This document shows positions 39,167-55,620 of a stretch of 64,000 nt of DNA, piece after piece. The DNA is from Tubiluchus corallicola (taxonomy: Eukaryota > Animalia > Priapulida). A program made the translations under genes and the position numbers. Each line of letters starts with the position of its first letter. Position 1 is the first letter of the stretch. A model generated the notes under the pieces. It did no database searches, was not told the DNA's origin, and saw nothing but the letters and a program-made list of their open reading frames with translations. Location: assembly GCA_030141605.1 (NCBI GenBank), contig JAQGDQ010000881.1, positions 20,646 to 84,645 of the forward strand. Direction: 5' to 3'.

Positions 39167-39995
39167 ATGTACATACGCATAATTAATTAAAATTAATATA
39201 ATATAATAATAATAAACTAATAAAATTCTTTATTGCTGTTAAAATTACACGTCATTGAACTGTAAACTACACATTCAAAAACTGATAGTGTAACCAGTGT
39301 TTCTACTGCTGTGAACAATCACTTATTTTGATACCAAATTTTAAGAATAAAAAATGTGAAACGTTAGCTATGAACTTTGAACTATCACAATCACATTGGG
39401 ATAGTGGTTATTGAGTCAGCCTTGTAAATCCACGATCCCTGGTTCAAATCCAAGATAAGACCTAACTTTTTACATTTCTCTACTTTGATATCAAAATTTA
39501 AATAATTGTACCGTCATTGCTTGGAACAAATATTGAACCCGACCGTTACCATGGAAACGCGAAGGTAAGTAGGGCCGAATTAAGACCTCGGGAGCCCCTA
39601 TGCACTGGAAAGATTATAGTATCTCCATATATGTGTAATTCAGAATAACAACATTACTAAACTGTAAGATCAAATTTTATCTTTCGATATGAAAAACTTG
39701 CAGTAAGATTTATTTACATAGATGCTAAACCATCAGCTTTGTATTGCTTAAAAAGCAATTTTATCTTATTTTCAGTATCACCACATTTTATAACACTTTA
39801 TATAAGCGCTATTATAACACTTGAAATACCTTATGACACATCATATAATCAATCAATGTCATCATATGTGCAGTGAACAGCTCAGGCTGTTCAGTAGACA
39901 CAATCTCGATGCCCATTTGTACTGTCATAAACACATAAACTGCAACACTTATTCTTGTATATTTCACTTTTTGATAATTAGTCGATTTGAAAAAC

Positions 39996-41628
39996 TGTGT
40001 GAACCTTCTTCTCCCTGTGCGACGACCCTTTTCCCCCTGTATGAGGTCCCTCTTCCGTCTGTGCGACGACCCATTTCCCCCTGTGTGACGACCCTTTTCC
40101 CCCTGTGTGAGGTCCCTCTTCCCCCCTGTGCGAGGACCCTTTTCCCCCGTATGAGGTCCCTCTTCCGTCTGTGTGAGGACCCTTTTCCCCCTGTGTGAGG
40201 ACCTTCTTCCCCCTGTGTGAGGACCTTCTTCCAACTGTGTGAGGTCCCTCTTCTCCCTGTGTGAGGTCCCTTTTCCCCCTGTGTGAGGACCTTCTTCCCC
40301 CTGTGTGAGGTCCCTTTTCCCCCTGTGTGAGGACCTTCTTCCCCCTGTGCGAGGACCCTCTTCCCCCTGTGCGAGGACCTTCTTCCCCCTGTAAGGACCT
40401 TCTTCCCCCTGTGTGAGGACCTTCTTCCCCCTGTGTGAGGACCTTCTTCCCCCTGTGCGAGGACCCTCTTCCCCCTGTGCGAGGACCCTCTTCCCCCTGT
40501 GCGAGGACCTTCTTCCCCTGTGCGAGGACCTTTTTCCCCCTGTGCGAGGACCCTCTTCCCCCTGTGCGAGGACCCTCTTCCCCTGTGCGAGGACCTTCTT
40601 CCCCTGTGCGAGGACCTTCTTCCCCCTGTGTGAGGTCCCTCTTCCCCCTGTGTGAGGTCCCTTTTCCCCTGTGTGAGGACCTTCTTCCCCCTGTGCGAGG
40701 ACCCTCTTCCCCCTGTGCGAGGACCCTCTTCCCCCTGTGCGAGGACCCTCTTCCCCCTGTGCGAGGACCTTCTCCCCCCTGTGAGGACCCTCTTCCCCCT
40801 GTGTGAGGACCCTTTTCCCCCTGTGTGAGGACCTTCTTCCCCCTGTGCGAGGACCTTCTTCCCCTGTGCGAGGACCCTTTTTCTCTGTGCGAGGTTTCCT
40901 CTTCCCCCTGTGTGAAGACCCTCTTCTCCCCGTGTGAGGACCTTCCTCCACATGTGAGGACCTTCTTCCCCCTGTGCGAGGACCCTCTTTCTCTGTGCGA
41001 GGTCCCTCTTCCCCCTGTGTGAAGACCTTCTTCCCCTGTGTGAGGACCTTCTTCCAACTGTGTGAGGTCCCTCTTCTCCCTGTGTGAGGTCCCTTTTCCC
41101 CCTGTGTGAGGACCTTCTTCCCCCTGTGTGAGGTCCCTTTTCCCCCTGTGTGAGGACCTTCTTCCCCCTGTGCGAGGACCCTCTTCCCCAAGTGCGAGGA
41201 CCTTCTTCCCCATGTGAGGACCTTCTTCCCCCTGTGTGAGGACCTTCTTCCCCCTGTGTGAGGACCTTCTTCCCCCTGTGCGAGGACCCTCTCCCCCCTG
41301 TGCGAGGACCCTCTTCCCCCTGTGTGAAGACCCTCTTCTCCCTGTGTGAGGACCTTCTTCCCCCTGTGTGAAGACCCTCTTCTCCCTGTGTGAGGACCCT
41401 CTTCTCCCTGTGTGAGGACCTTCTTCCCCCCTGTGCGACGACCCTTTTCCCCCTGTGTGAGGTCCCTCTTCCCCCTGTGCGACGACCCTTTTCCCCCTGT
41501 GCGACGACCCTTTTCCCCCTGTGTGAAGACCCTCTTCTCCCCGTGCGAGGACCCTCTTTCTCTGTGCTAGGGCCCTCTTCCCCCTGTGTGAAGGCCCTCT
41601 TCTCCCTTTGCGAGGACCCTCTTCCCAC
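39996..41628. repeat. 21-22-bp C-rich minisatellite, about 75 copies
   Basis: Unit ccccctgtgtgaggaccttctt; it produces spurious long ORFs in all three minus frames. Confidence 0.95.
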
Positions 41629-42608
41629 ATATATATAACTTTTTATCGTAAATTTTAGCAAAATACATACAGTCTGATCTATTAATTACGACGCTGTATT
41701 AACCCGTATCTGCTGGAAGCTGCAGACGCTGCATTATTTTACTCATTTAACGAGGATGCGGGTATGAAAGAGGCGTGGTCTGTCTACACGCTTGCAACGA
41801 ATCACAACCATGACGGGTTTCTCTCAGCCAATGAAAACAGCAGGGCTTCATGCTAATACGAGTATAATAGACCATTGACTCCCCTCTTGCAAACAAAACG
41901 CATTGTATTACGTGAAGTGGGTAAACAATACGTGTGTACATACTGCGTGTATCGAATTGCAGTTAGCAAAAGAATCTATGTTTCACGCTGGACAATGGTC
42001 AAGTTTCAAAAACTTTTAAGAATTGTTAAAAGCGTTTAAAAAAGCTTCATATTTTAGCGACTTAAAAACAGCAAAAGCGAAAAAGAAATTCGTAAAAGTG
42101 CTGAAATTTAACTTTCAGTTTGCTAAAAAAAATTTTGTTTCAAACTTTGCCGTAATCATTTCAACAGAAGAATTCTGTGCAGAAAACGTTAGCGGGTTCT
42201 GGAAGTTCAGTTCATCTTAAGCATTTTCTTATCCCAGAATTCCTGGGCCACAACTGTCAAATGCGCAAATTATTCTGTGTGCAGATATTTAATACATGAT
42301 ACATTTGATACATGTTGATACATTTGATCATAACAGCTTGGTTTGTCATAAACTTTCTCATTCTAGCTGTAATCGTCTGGCTAATTGTAGTGGCATTCTC
42401 GAAATAAAGTAGAACTCAACACTCTGCGAACAGAGGCAGGGAGTTTTATTACAGGAAAGAATGTCTCTATTGCGTTTATGGAAAAAGCAAAAAATAATAA
42501 TTTACTGAACGATTACGCAAGCAGTGAGACTATTTCTCTAAAGAAACTAACACGCTGGACAGTTACAATAGTTATACTCCCTCAACACGAACCACTGGAA
42601 GCATCACC

Positions 42609-42839
42609 ATGCCTTGGGATGATTCCCCAAACTATCTCTCTTACCCACCTTGTAGATTCAGTGGTCAACGAGTGACCACTTCTTACAACGAGAATGACTT
42701 CGCGTCGAGTTGGTCAGTCTGTTCCGCAGGGCGTGGAAGCGCTGCGCCTCCTTCCAGGAGCAGAAGTGGTCGAGACAAGGGGCGAGTAAAGAAGCCAAGT
42801 ACGTACAAGCATGTCCCACATAAAGACAAACCACCTCAG
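42609..42839 (+). CDS. Second achaete-scute-family bHLH gene, coding exon 1
   Basis: accATG; reads MPWDDSPNY...RVKKPSTYKHVPHKDKPPQ|gtatgc, phase 0. Confidence 0.85.
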
Positions 42840-43713
42840 GTATGCACGTTTTTAATGCATTTTATTTATAGCGTTTTTGATTAATAAGCCTTCTCACAGT
42901 TACACTGTGCGCATGCGCAGTTGCTGCAGATCAAAGGTTAAGTGTACCAAACCAATGCGTCTTAACTACAAGCGTCACGTGACATATGGGTAAAGCAAGG
43001 ACGGCTGCCATCAGTTCAGTAACTTCAGTTGTTTTACGTGGACTTTACTTAATTATGCAATAGTCTGTGCATAGAATGATTTACTAGCAGGATCTTGCTT
43101 GGAAACAAGAAAAAATGAACTAGGTAAGGTTCTAGTTAGCTGTAAAAACTGTTATTGTTACAATAGCATGGGATGCGAGGCGTTGTCAAGTGTACACAAA
43201 TGTGTTGTTTGGTGCACTTAACCTTTAACCTTTTCACAATCATCATCAATCACTGGAACTGTGAAACGGTCACTAGTTTTTCTGAACTGTGGTTGCATAA
43301 TTTGCTTAATTGTTTAACTTCGTCTAACTGGTTTTAATACTTAGACAAATAACAGTTTTCTCTTGTAGATTATAAATTGTAACGATTCTTCGATATTTTC
43401 ACCAACACAAATAGTTAAAAGCCCAAAAGTCTCTCTAATTTAAAGTCCATTTCACTTTCAATTGCAAAAAGTACTTGCGAATGAAGAGCGGCAAAAATAT
43501 TTTCTCTAGATATTAATTATGATTAGAAATTTAATAAAGGTAATATTAAATCAAGATAAATAAAATTAATACAATTATGAATAAAAATAAATGATTAGAT
43601 TTCAATTAATTAAGACGTGAGTGAGTGAAAAAACGTATGAAGAAATGAATGACTAATCGACTGACTGAACGTATGACTTAATTAGTCAATAATAAAATGG
43701 ATTAATGAACAAA

Positions 43714-44272
43714 GAATGAATGAATGAATGAATGAATGAATGAATGAATGTATGAATGAATGTATGAATGAATGAATGAATGAATGAATGAATGAATGAA
43801 TGACTAAATGAATGAATGAATGAATGAATGAATGAATGTATGTATGAATGAATGTATGAATGAATGAATGAATGAATGACTAAATGAATGAATGAATGAA
43901 TGAATGAATGAATGAATGAATGAATGAATGAATGAATGAATGAATGAATGAATGAATGAATAAATGACAAAATTAGCAAACGAAACAATAAATGGAAAGA
44001 TGGATGGATGGATGGATGGATGGATGGATGGATGGATGGATGGATGGATGGATGGATGGATGGATGGATGGATGGATGGATGGGTGGACGGACGGACGGA
44101 CGGACGGACGGACGGACGGACGGACGGACGGATGGATGGATGGATGTATGGATGGATGTATAGATAGATAGATAGACGGGCAGATGCGTATAAGGATACG
44201 CAGATAAATACATAGACATATATCTGACAGACAGACAAGAGACAGGCAACAGACTGGCAGATAGACAGACAC

Positions 44273-44315
<43 letters not shown>

Positions 44316-44364
44316 CACACACAGACAGACAGACAGACACACACACAGACAGACAGACACACAC

Positions 44365-44428
<64 letters not shown>
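43714..44428. repeat. Compound tetranucleotide microsatellite (GAAT, GGAT, GGAC, AGAT, AGAC)
   Basis: Read directly from the sequence; intronic. Confidence 0.95.
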
Positions 44429-44429
<1 letters not shown>

Positions 44430-44461
44430 ATAAATAAGTGATTTATCACCAATATATTCAG

Positions 44462-44632
44462 GTAGTTGCAAGACGTAATGCGAGGGAGAGACGGAGGGTT
44501 CAAGCGGTCAACAACGCCTTTGCTAGGCTTCGTCGTCACGTGCCAGTTGAAAACCGTCACAAACGACTCTCCAAGGTCAAGACTTTGAAACTTGCCATTC
44601 ATTACATCATGGACCTGAGTGAGATGCTGGAG
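44462..44632 (+). CDS. Second achaete-scute-family gene, bHLH exon (possibly ASCc-type)
   Basis: ttcag| then [57 protein letters not shown]|gtagtg; read-through would stop at 44647. Confidence 0.92.
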
Positions 44633-44744
44633 GTAGTGGTTTCATGAAGCCAGTTTTACAAACTTTGAAACCGTTGAAATAGAAGATTAATTATAGTTTC
44701 TTAAACTGTCAGTCTGTGTGTCAGTCACTCAGTTAAACAGTCTC

Positions 44745-45920
<1,176 letters not shown>

Positions 45921-46167
45921 TATAGTATGAAACATAATAATTTATTACAGAAGGAAGTATCAATATTGATGTCACCATGTACTGAATGTGATAATAATAA
46001 AACTTCAAAATTCAAAAACTTTATACCCTGTATTTATGTCCATTCGTACCAGTAATTGTCTAGTGGTCAACTGAAATGGAGCTTAAATTTTAAGCATAAT
46101 AAGAAAAATGAATCAGAATTTCTTGCAGCTTCTTTAATATGAATTTTCAATTATTATTGTTTAACAG

Positions 46168-46377
46168 GAAGCTGATTTGCAACATGATTCAACTTGCTGT
46201 AAAAAGACGAGTAAATATTCCCGGATTTCCGACCCTCTGCCGATCGACTTGACTGTCAGACAACCTGGCCAAAGACTAAAGGCAAATAGCGACGACAGTA
46301 ATGTTGTCAACAACAATAGCAGCAAGAGCAACAACAACAATAGTTTCGAATCACCAGGCTTAGTTACAGTAAGTTGA
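46168..46377 (+). CDS. Second achaete-scute-family gene, exon 3
   Basis: ttaacag| then EADLQHDSTCCKK...PGLVT. Ends either at TGA 46377 or at a perfect GTAAGT donor at 46369 that could splice to 47189-47203 (LSNA*). Confidence 0.65.
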   Translation, partial: EADLQHDSTCCKKTSKYSRISDPLPIDLTVRQPGQRLKANSDDSNVVNNNSSKSNNNNSFESPGLVTVS

Positions 46378-46514
46378 TAAGCTTATCAAAAAACGACTGG
46401 AAACAATTATAATAATCGTCAACTGAATTTTTTGTCGTGGTTTCAAACATAAACTACTGAACGTGTATGATAAATGTAACGTTTTAAGAATGACTTGTAC
46501 TGAAATGGTCAGCA

Positions 46515-47043
<529 letters not shown>

Positions 47044-47961
47044 ACGGGAGACAGAAGGAAGCCATCTACTCAAACTGATAGGAACGGTGCAGTTTAACCA
47101 CACATCTATAACACAGGTGTACGTACGATGTTTACTGAAACGTGTCAAATCGCTGTGTATCAATGCTATAATCTAACTTAATTTGTAGCTCTCAAACGCT
47201 TGAATGATGATGAGTAGCGTCTATTTAGATTCTGCAATGAAAACACAAAAGGCACGCGAGAGACCACGTGCACAGCATTATTTATTTATAGGCTATTATA
47301 GTGGCACCCCTGATTGTGCCAGACCACACAATTAAAGAGCCAAGTGCACGAGATGAGATAATTGAGCGCTGTTTTGTTTGCTAAACCGCAAAGCGGCACC
47401 TAGCGGTTTCCATTTAAATCGTTGATTTTGCCTCTCAATTCAATTCAATCCAAATTTTTATTTCTGTAACTATGACAATACAAAATGCAAAAATCGTTGA
47501 TTTTGTCTTTCAATTTAATTCAAATTTTTGTTTAGGAAACTAACTCCATATAAAATACTAAGACAGTACTAAAATGAAATAAAATACAATGAAATAAAAA
47601 TCATAAGAGTAAATATGTATACAGGGTTAGTAAATTAAAAGCTAAATAAATTTTAAAGGCTAATAATGTAATAATTCGTCCCATTTCACAAAAAAGCAAG
47701 ATTTGACAAGTGTATGTGAGTTAATAATAGCAATTATAATACTATTGCCAGTGTACAGTAGTAACCTATTTCGAATGCTGTAACGTGATCTTCTGTGAAT
47801 ATGACTAGAATGTGGTAGAGACATACATGCCAGAATCATTGCAATCGTAGATAGGTTTAAACACATCAGAGCACTATTTCTGGAGGGGGAGAATGGGGAT
47901 ACTTCCCGGAACCTCGCTATGTAATTTTTTTGCTTTATCATACCTCCTCTCTCATCTCTCT

Positions 47962-48011
<50 letters not shown>

Positions 48012-48259
48012 CGCACGCGCGCCGTTTACCGGTATTGACAAGTATTAAGGACTGGTCTTGAGAATAAAGCAGTTTTAAAAATTTTCTGGGCGCTAATCAT
48101 GGTGACCCCCCCCCTCCCAAGGGGGCCTCACACGCCCCACTCTCCCAAGCCTCGCTTAGGCTGAAATAGGCCCTGACACACATGCCAGAAGCACTGCAAT
48201 CATACTTTAACCGAAACTGGTTTAATTTTACTCACTAATATAACGCTTTTTCAAAGTAC

Positions 48260-48643
48260 GTGTGTTTCAATGCTTTTACAAGGCAAAAGTACGCACTTAG
48301 ATTAATTCATGGCTACTCTAACAAAACTGCTAAACAACATGCTGCTTCTGCAACAAGCTTAAGAACGTCCACAAAAATACCAATATTAGAAGCCTATCGA
48401 GAGTACAAAACACTGATATTTCTATATAAATATATCAATAAACTGAGCATTACATTTATAAACAATCCCTTAGCATTCATTCCTGATACCACTTTAAACA
48501 ATAGAACATACAATTTAAAGCAAATTACAGTAAACAATAAATTTGGAAATAACTCCATATCAAAACAGGCCATACATTTATGGAACTTACTACCCAGTGA
48601 AATAAAGTCAAATAAAGAAATTAATATAATAATATATAAGTAG
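48260..48643 (+). mobile_element. Decayed CR1/L2-group LINE ORF2 3' fragment
   Basis: Reads QKYALRLIHG...LIFLYKYIN...AIHLWNLLPSEIK. Confidence 0.65.
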
Positions 48644-49242
48644 ACGTTGCATTGTAGCTATGTAATGTAATTTATATAAAAAATATTTAAGAAAAACCTA
48701 GTAGCGAGCGCGTTGGCTGTTTTAAAATTAAAACGGTTTTGTCGCTGACCTAAATTAGCAAAAATTCTTAATTTGCGCTGAGTATGGTCGAAAGTTCGAC
48801 TCTCGACTTTGTTCATAATTTTTTCAGCCTTCTTAACACATTAAATTTATGAATTAGCCTTTATATATATATATTTATATATACTCTTGTAATTTCATTT
48901 TAATTTCTTTATTTCATTTTAGCACTGTATTTGTATTTTATATGGTCTCAGTTACCGAAAAAAAATTTTAAATGAATTTTAGCCTGAAATTTATTAATTT
49001 CTGATTTACAAATGTTTTATCAAAAAATTTTCGTAGAATGTTTCTACCACATGGATGCTAAATCAGAATTAAAAACTGTTTTTAAGCAAATGTACTTGAA
49101 TATACGTTTAAATAAAGTAAAACTTAAAAAAAATACATTTTTAATATAAAAGGAGTAACATAAGCGCAATTATTTTTATAACACGCTAAAATGGAGGCGT
49201 ATATTTCAGTTATTATTATTATTATTATTATTGTTGTTGTTG

Positions 49243-49280
<38 letters not shown>

Positions 49281-49964
49281 GTTATTATTATTATTGTTAT
49301 ATTTAAGCAATGTACAATGATCTACTCTAGCCCAAACAACTGCTACTTATCTAAATAAAATTATTATAAAATTATAAACTATTTATTTTAAGGGAAAATT
49401 TTGACAATTTCCCCTTTTTGAAACTGCAAAATGAAAAAAGATGAAAAGGGGAGGTAAACTGTGAAAGATTTACCTTCTCTTTGCCCACATTTGATAACAT
49501 CTCTCCTCTCTCTACCTGCATGAAATCAAGCTGCAGCTTCAGCGTTGATTACGATGATGAGGGTAAATAATGAACAATACTGGAGGGATATTAGCACACG
49601 TGTGCATACTGGTAGCCGCGTGGCGTCCTATACCTGAGTACAATTAACCTGAAACTTACCTGTAATTAACAAAGCAGTTAATCTGCTAATATACTCCGTT
49701 GCCTGCAGCCAGTTGTAAAATATTATTGGTTTTATTGCCAACATCCTGACGATAACGGTAAAGGCAATTAAAAAGTTTTGATGAATTGCACGCTAGAGGG
49801 AGTATTATGTCTTTAGATATGATAATTAGAGGAAAGAACAACTCACTCAGTATGTTGGGTTTGTTTTACTGTTATCACTTAAACTTAGAAAAATATAACA
49901 AAGAAATTTTCAAAATACTGTCTATAATGCATAAATTTAAAATACACTACCTCTGAATAGAAAT

Positions 49965-50389
49965 TTTCAGGCGGGTTGTTGGTGCCATTCACTTGGAAAT
50001 CATGACGTAACTGGGAGACTTCGTGACTTTTCGTAAGTGCATCGTGGCTTTCCGTAAATGCACCCTGCTTAAACTAATTCAAACTTCTGCAGCTTACCTA
50101 ATGTTCATGCAAAAATATTACAAAATTAACTATCTAATGTTTTTGTAAATTCTTATCATACTTTTGACGAAGATTAACAGTGCGCTGCTTTTCTTCAAGA
50201 CGAATGACGTCATCGGAAGAAGAATGGTCATTGAAAATGGGAGCACCCAAGCAGGAAGTGATCGCGACTTTAAAGTGATTTTACTAATTACACGAGGCGC
50301 TTATTGCAGTTTTATTACTAAATCCTTCTAACATTTTTCGCGAACATTGAAACAAGCCTGACCTCCTAGAAGTGCTGACTTTTCCTTTA
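49965..50389 (-). mobile_element. Inverted copy of the 404-900 repeat
   Basis: Reverse-complement homology, ending ttttcctttaa. Confidence 0.65.
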
Positions 50390-50467
50390 ATCTCTGAACT
50401 TCCTTTTTGTAGAAATTTAGCATAGCAAAAACTAAAAGACGAGAAAGTAGCTGTAGATCTATTAGTG

Positions 50468-51605
<1,138 letters not shown>

Positions 51606-51961
51606 TAACAACATTGTTTTCTATACTGTATATTTGTTTTTGTAGGTAAACCAACAAACAAATGGTGGAACTAGTCGTGATTACCACAATTGTAGCATCT
51701 TCAGTCAGAGAACATCCCCTGGATGTCTTGGTATATAAGATGTGGCATCTCTGTTATTATAAGCTAGTCAATTCTATACAATTATACGTATAATATAATA
51801 ATATTATCTCTGTTGTATTTGATGTACTGTATAAGCATGTGAAAACTTGTCAGCTTGTGGAACTGATCAGCTAAAGAAACTATATTAATGTTTATCGATA
51901 ATGTTTAGAAATACCAATGCTTTACATGTTTCAGTAATTTGTATTATTATTATTATTATTA

Positions 51962-52809
51962 CTAGCAAAGGCCCCGCAAAAGATTTTGCGTATAAATACA
52001 CGTGTAATCAATAATACGCAAACGTCCTACCAAGTCCTCATTTATAACACAAAGCCCGTAACATCCTGCCTACTTACCGAACGCAAAGCCAGCAGCGTTT
52101 ACTCCTGCCTACTGTATGTTGCAAAGCAGGTTTTGCTGAATTAAACTTATAGACACAATGGATGACGTCAGCACAATGGAATGCGTCGCAGTTTTCTAAG
52201 CGAGAATTTTCACAGTTTTCTAAGCGAAAATCGCCGAAAATAAAACACCTAATTAACTCGTCGATACTCCTCTCGGTGGACCTGCCCTAAAATATAACCC
52301 ACATCACATCATCGTGTAGCCCCGTCCTTCCTCTTTGTAAAGAGCCCATATCTCCTTCCGAGAGTCCCACCGGGCGACGCTAGAACGTTTTTCCCGCAGG
52401 CTGTTTGGTCAAAATTTCGAAAAAATCGCGAGTTGGGTCCGGGAAAACGCCCGTTACGGGACGCCGTGGCCCTCTCGGAAATTCTAAATATGCCTACTAC
52501 ACCCACCGCTGAACGGGCTATCTATCCATACCCAGCACCACCCTCGGCCCGTTCCCGTTCTCTACATCTCAGCCGTATAACTTTTGCAAAAAACGGCCGA
52601 AAAATGGCCATTTTTGGAGGTTTTTCGCCCCCCGTTCCTCCCGGTGGGCCCGATTCGAAAAATAAACCATCAATGGCACGACACTAGATCGAGACCTTTC
52701 GTTTGATATATAGATCGCCGCAAATGGTGCCCTCGTCCGGGCTGTAGCCTCGAATCTTATATATATATAAATAAATATATATATATACCAAGAATATTAA
52801 TATAAGAGA
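51962..52809 (-). mobile_element. Non-autonomous Helitron, copy 2
   Basis: Same structure, A|TC...CTAG|T; highly similar to copy 1. Confidence 0.8.
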
Positions 52810-52818
52810 TTATTATTA

Positions 52819-52867
<49 letters not shown>

Positions 52868-52885
52868 TACTACTACTACTACTAT

Positions 52886-52957
<72 letters not shown>

Positions 52958-53626
52958 CAGTATTATTATTATTATTATGAAACGTGGCGACACCTTGTGA
53001 CAGAAAGTGGATAAACGCTACAGGCAAGCTCCTTTAAAATCAGCTAGGCACACTAGCCATACGTTACTGCTCACCTTGTTTTATTTGTTTCTGGATTCAA
53101 TTTAGCACGTTAGGCATAGCCTTTCTTATTTATGAGAAGATCTTGCGTATTGCTGAAAAGAAATGAGCGTTAACGTTGAAGTAAAAAAGCAGTTTGTTGT
53201 GAAATTCCATTTCTTCACCAATTTTTGATTAAATAAATAAAATGTAAATAAATTTAGTTGAATTAATTTGAGGATTCCAGGTTTGTAATGTGTTGCAATA
53301 TTCTTTAATATATGCGGTTATTAAACTTGAATTCCCAGAATATAAGACAGTTACGTATGAACATGATTTATTATAAAAACATGAAGAAATGATATATCAG
53401 TGATCTTAAAGTTACCATGTATTCATTCTTATAAATAAAAACAGGGAATCATTGAGCTTTAGGAAACCAAAACTGACAACAGTTTGCTAATGAAACTGAC
53501 ACGCGGTCAACTCCAATCGTTGAACTACGTTTGGATTAGCAAAAAGCGCACGCGTGCGTGCTGGTCGAGCTGTACTTTGAGATTTACTCATACTAATTAC
53601 TATTGGATCCGGAAGAGGTGCGGAAT

Positions 53627-53627
<1 letters not shown>

Positions 53628-53658
<31 letters not shown>

Positions 53659-53662
53659 ATGA

Positions 53663-53693
<31 letters not shown>

Positions 53694-53695
53694 GG

Positions 53696-53726
<31 letters not shown>

Positions 53727-53782
53727 GGCGGTGGTGGTGGTGGTGTTTTTGTTGTTGTTGTTGTTGGTGGTGTTGTTGTTGG

Positions 53783-53816
<34 letters not shown>

Positions 53817-53818
53817 GC

Positions 53819-53855
<37 letters not shown>

Positions 53856-53866
53856 GATGTTGATGA

Positions 53867-53917
<51 letters not shown>

Positions 53918-53995
53918 GGTGGTGGTGGTGGTGGTTGTTGTTGTTGTGGTCGTCGTCGTCGTTGTTGTTGTTGTTGCTGCTGCTGTTGTTGTTAT
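53628..53995. repeat. (GTT)n microsatellite
   Basis: Read directly from the sequence. Confidence 0.95.
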
Positions 53996-54253
53996 TACAT
54001 TAAATTTTTGTCTTGGAAAGCTACAGTTTTCATCCCAGGACACTGAAATTTTTCATGAAGATGCCACAAAGCGTTGCACAGACTGTAAGAAGCCATTCTA
54101 TTTTTTTATGAAAAAAACGGATACATGACAACCGTAAATACTTCCCGTAATTTTCCAATGGAAACCATTAGTTTTACGAGATATGAGCTAGCAGGGCGTG
54201 CCAGATTGAAGCACATCAGTGCGTCCATTCTAGTTTTAATAATGTTACTTCTA

Positions 54254-55048
54254 TTAAATATTGGCTAAAAGCAAAGCTACACGGAGTTCACTGATACAAG
54301 TAAAATCAAGCAGCAGTTCCTCCCGACATTTCTGAAATCGGAGGAATACCGAATTCATGTTAACATTAAACGTGTGCTGGCCCGACCTATTGGAACCGTG
54401 TGTAATAGAGTAACTTTTTCCACCTTCGTGGGGTACCCTAGAGCGACCTAAGCCACTTGCATGGGGTAATGTTGAGTGACCTAAGCCACTTGTGTGGGGT
54501 AATGTTGAGTGACCTGTCCCACTTGTGTGTGGTAATGTTGAGTGACCTGTCCCACTTGTGTGGGGTAATGTTGAGTGACCTGTCCCACTTGTGTGGGGTA
54601 ATGTTGAGTGACCTCTCCCACTTGTGTGGGGTACTGTTGAGTGACCTGTTCCACTTGTGTGGGGTACTGTTGAGTGACCTGTCCTACTTGTGTGCTGTTC
54701 TTCTTGCTCTTCTGCTTTATCCTCCTCTAGTTCAAAAAGATCTGGCAAATTTGGCAGCGCTTGTCTGCCATCCAGCTTGTAAATCCTAGACTGTACTAAA
54801 GGAGCCACTTGAAACGTCGAATGTGGCACGAAAGTGGCGCCCCTAAATGGCGACAGCTGGAATGCTGTTGGCAGGTTGCCAAACGGTTGGTACACGTGAA
54901 TACCTTTGGCTAACTTCTCTGGTAAATGTCCCGATATAAACTGACGAAAGAGAGGACTTATGAATCCATGATGAGCTACCTCGTCACAGTGACTGCTGTG
55001 AAGTCCTAAAATGACTGCTGTCAGAACTCGTGAAAATATTCTTATGCC
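54254..55048 (-). CDS. Probable terminal exon of an unidentified protein with an 11-aa His/Thr/Ser/Gly repeat
   Basis: ttttgtgtttag| acceptor in phase 0; open for 264 codons (GIRIFSRVLTAVILGLHSSHCDEVAHHGFISP...); higher GC than the flanks; about 8 in-frame 33-bp repeats (HTSGTGHSTLP). Confidence 0.55.
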   Translation of the reverse strand, partial: GIRIFSRVLTAVILGLHSSHCDEVAHHGFISPLFRQFISGHLPEKLAKGIHVYQPFGNLPTAFQLSPFRGATFVPHSTFQVAPLVQSRIYKLDGRQALPNLPDLFELEEDKAEEQEEQHTSRTGHSTVPHTSGTGHSTVPHTSGRGHSTLPHTSGTGHSTLPHTSGTGHSTLPHTSGTGHSTLPHTSGLGHSTLPHASGLGRSRVPHEGGKSYSITHGSNRSGQHTFNVNMNSVFLRFQKCREELLLDFTCISELRVALLLANI

Positions 55049-55496
55049 CTAAACACAAAAGAACCTTTCAAATGTTTTGTCTGAGTTGTAACAAAAAAGG
55101 ATTAAAAAATATTAACAATGTTCCAAGAAAATTTTTATTAGAGGCACTTAAAAACGTTTATTGTTAAAATTATGAATTATGAATTTATTCCACAGCAACT
55201 CAAACATACATATAAATTGATATAACATTGAAAAAAAAATAAACTATGCGAGTTACTGTGAGGAGGAGGAAGGAGCATTTAGCTTTCGAGTCCTCCTCCA
55301 GATAAGTGAAACAATTGACAATTAACATTACATTTTCATCAGTTATAGCATACATTAGAACAAAATAAGTTTTGTTAGTAATCTAAGATCAGTTACTAAC
55401 TTTTGTTAGTAACCTAAAACGCAACAATTTTTGTAAAACTTAATTTACAAAGTTAAAATATTATGTCAAAGCTTTTGCCAGAAACGCTACGACAGC

Positions 55497-55585
55497 TACT
55501 GTTGATGATGACAGCAGTAGCTTTGTCGATACGTTTGACAAGATTTTTTTACTATACGTAAATTAAAAGTTTTAATAAAGTTGTC
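55497..55585 (+). mobile_element. Second Penelope-like terminus with a degenerate hammerhead
   Basis: TTGATGATGACAGCAGTAGCTTTGTCGATACGTTTGACA...AATAAAGTTGT; homologous to 38695-38777 but with a mutated core. Confidence 0.6.
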
Positions 55586-55620
55586 GTGTTTTAACTATGA
55601 ATATTAAGAATGCTTGTAAC

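Noticed and set aside
39812-41661. ORFs of 459-565 aa on the minus strand (collagen-like GEEGP repeats)
   Set aside because: Open in all three frames because the 21-22-bp unit lacks stops; a minisatellite artefact.
51655-51720. Third hammerhead (CTGAAGA plus a stem, minus strand)
   Set aside because: The GAAA half of the core is absent; at most a decayed remnant.
54955-55030. Sialyltransferase S-motif resemblance (LGLHSSHCDEVAHHGF)
   Set aside because: Lacks the PSTG, HYY and VS motifs; insufficient for a call.
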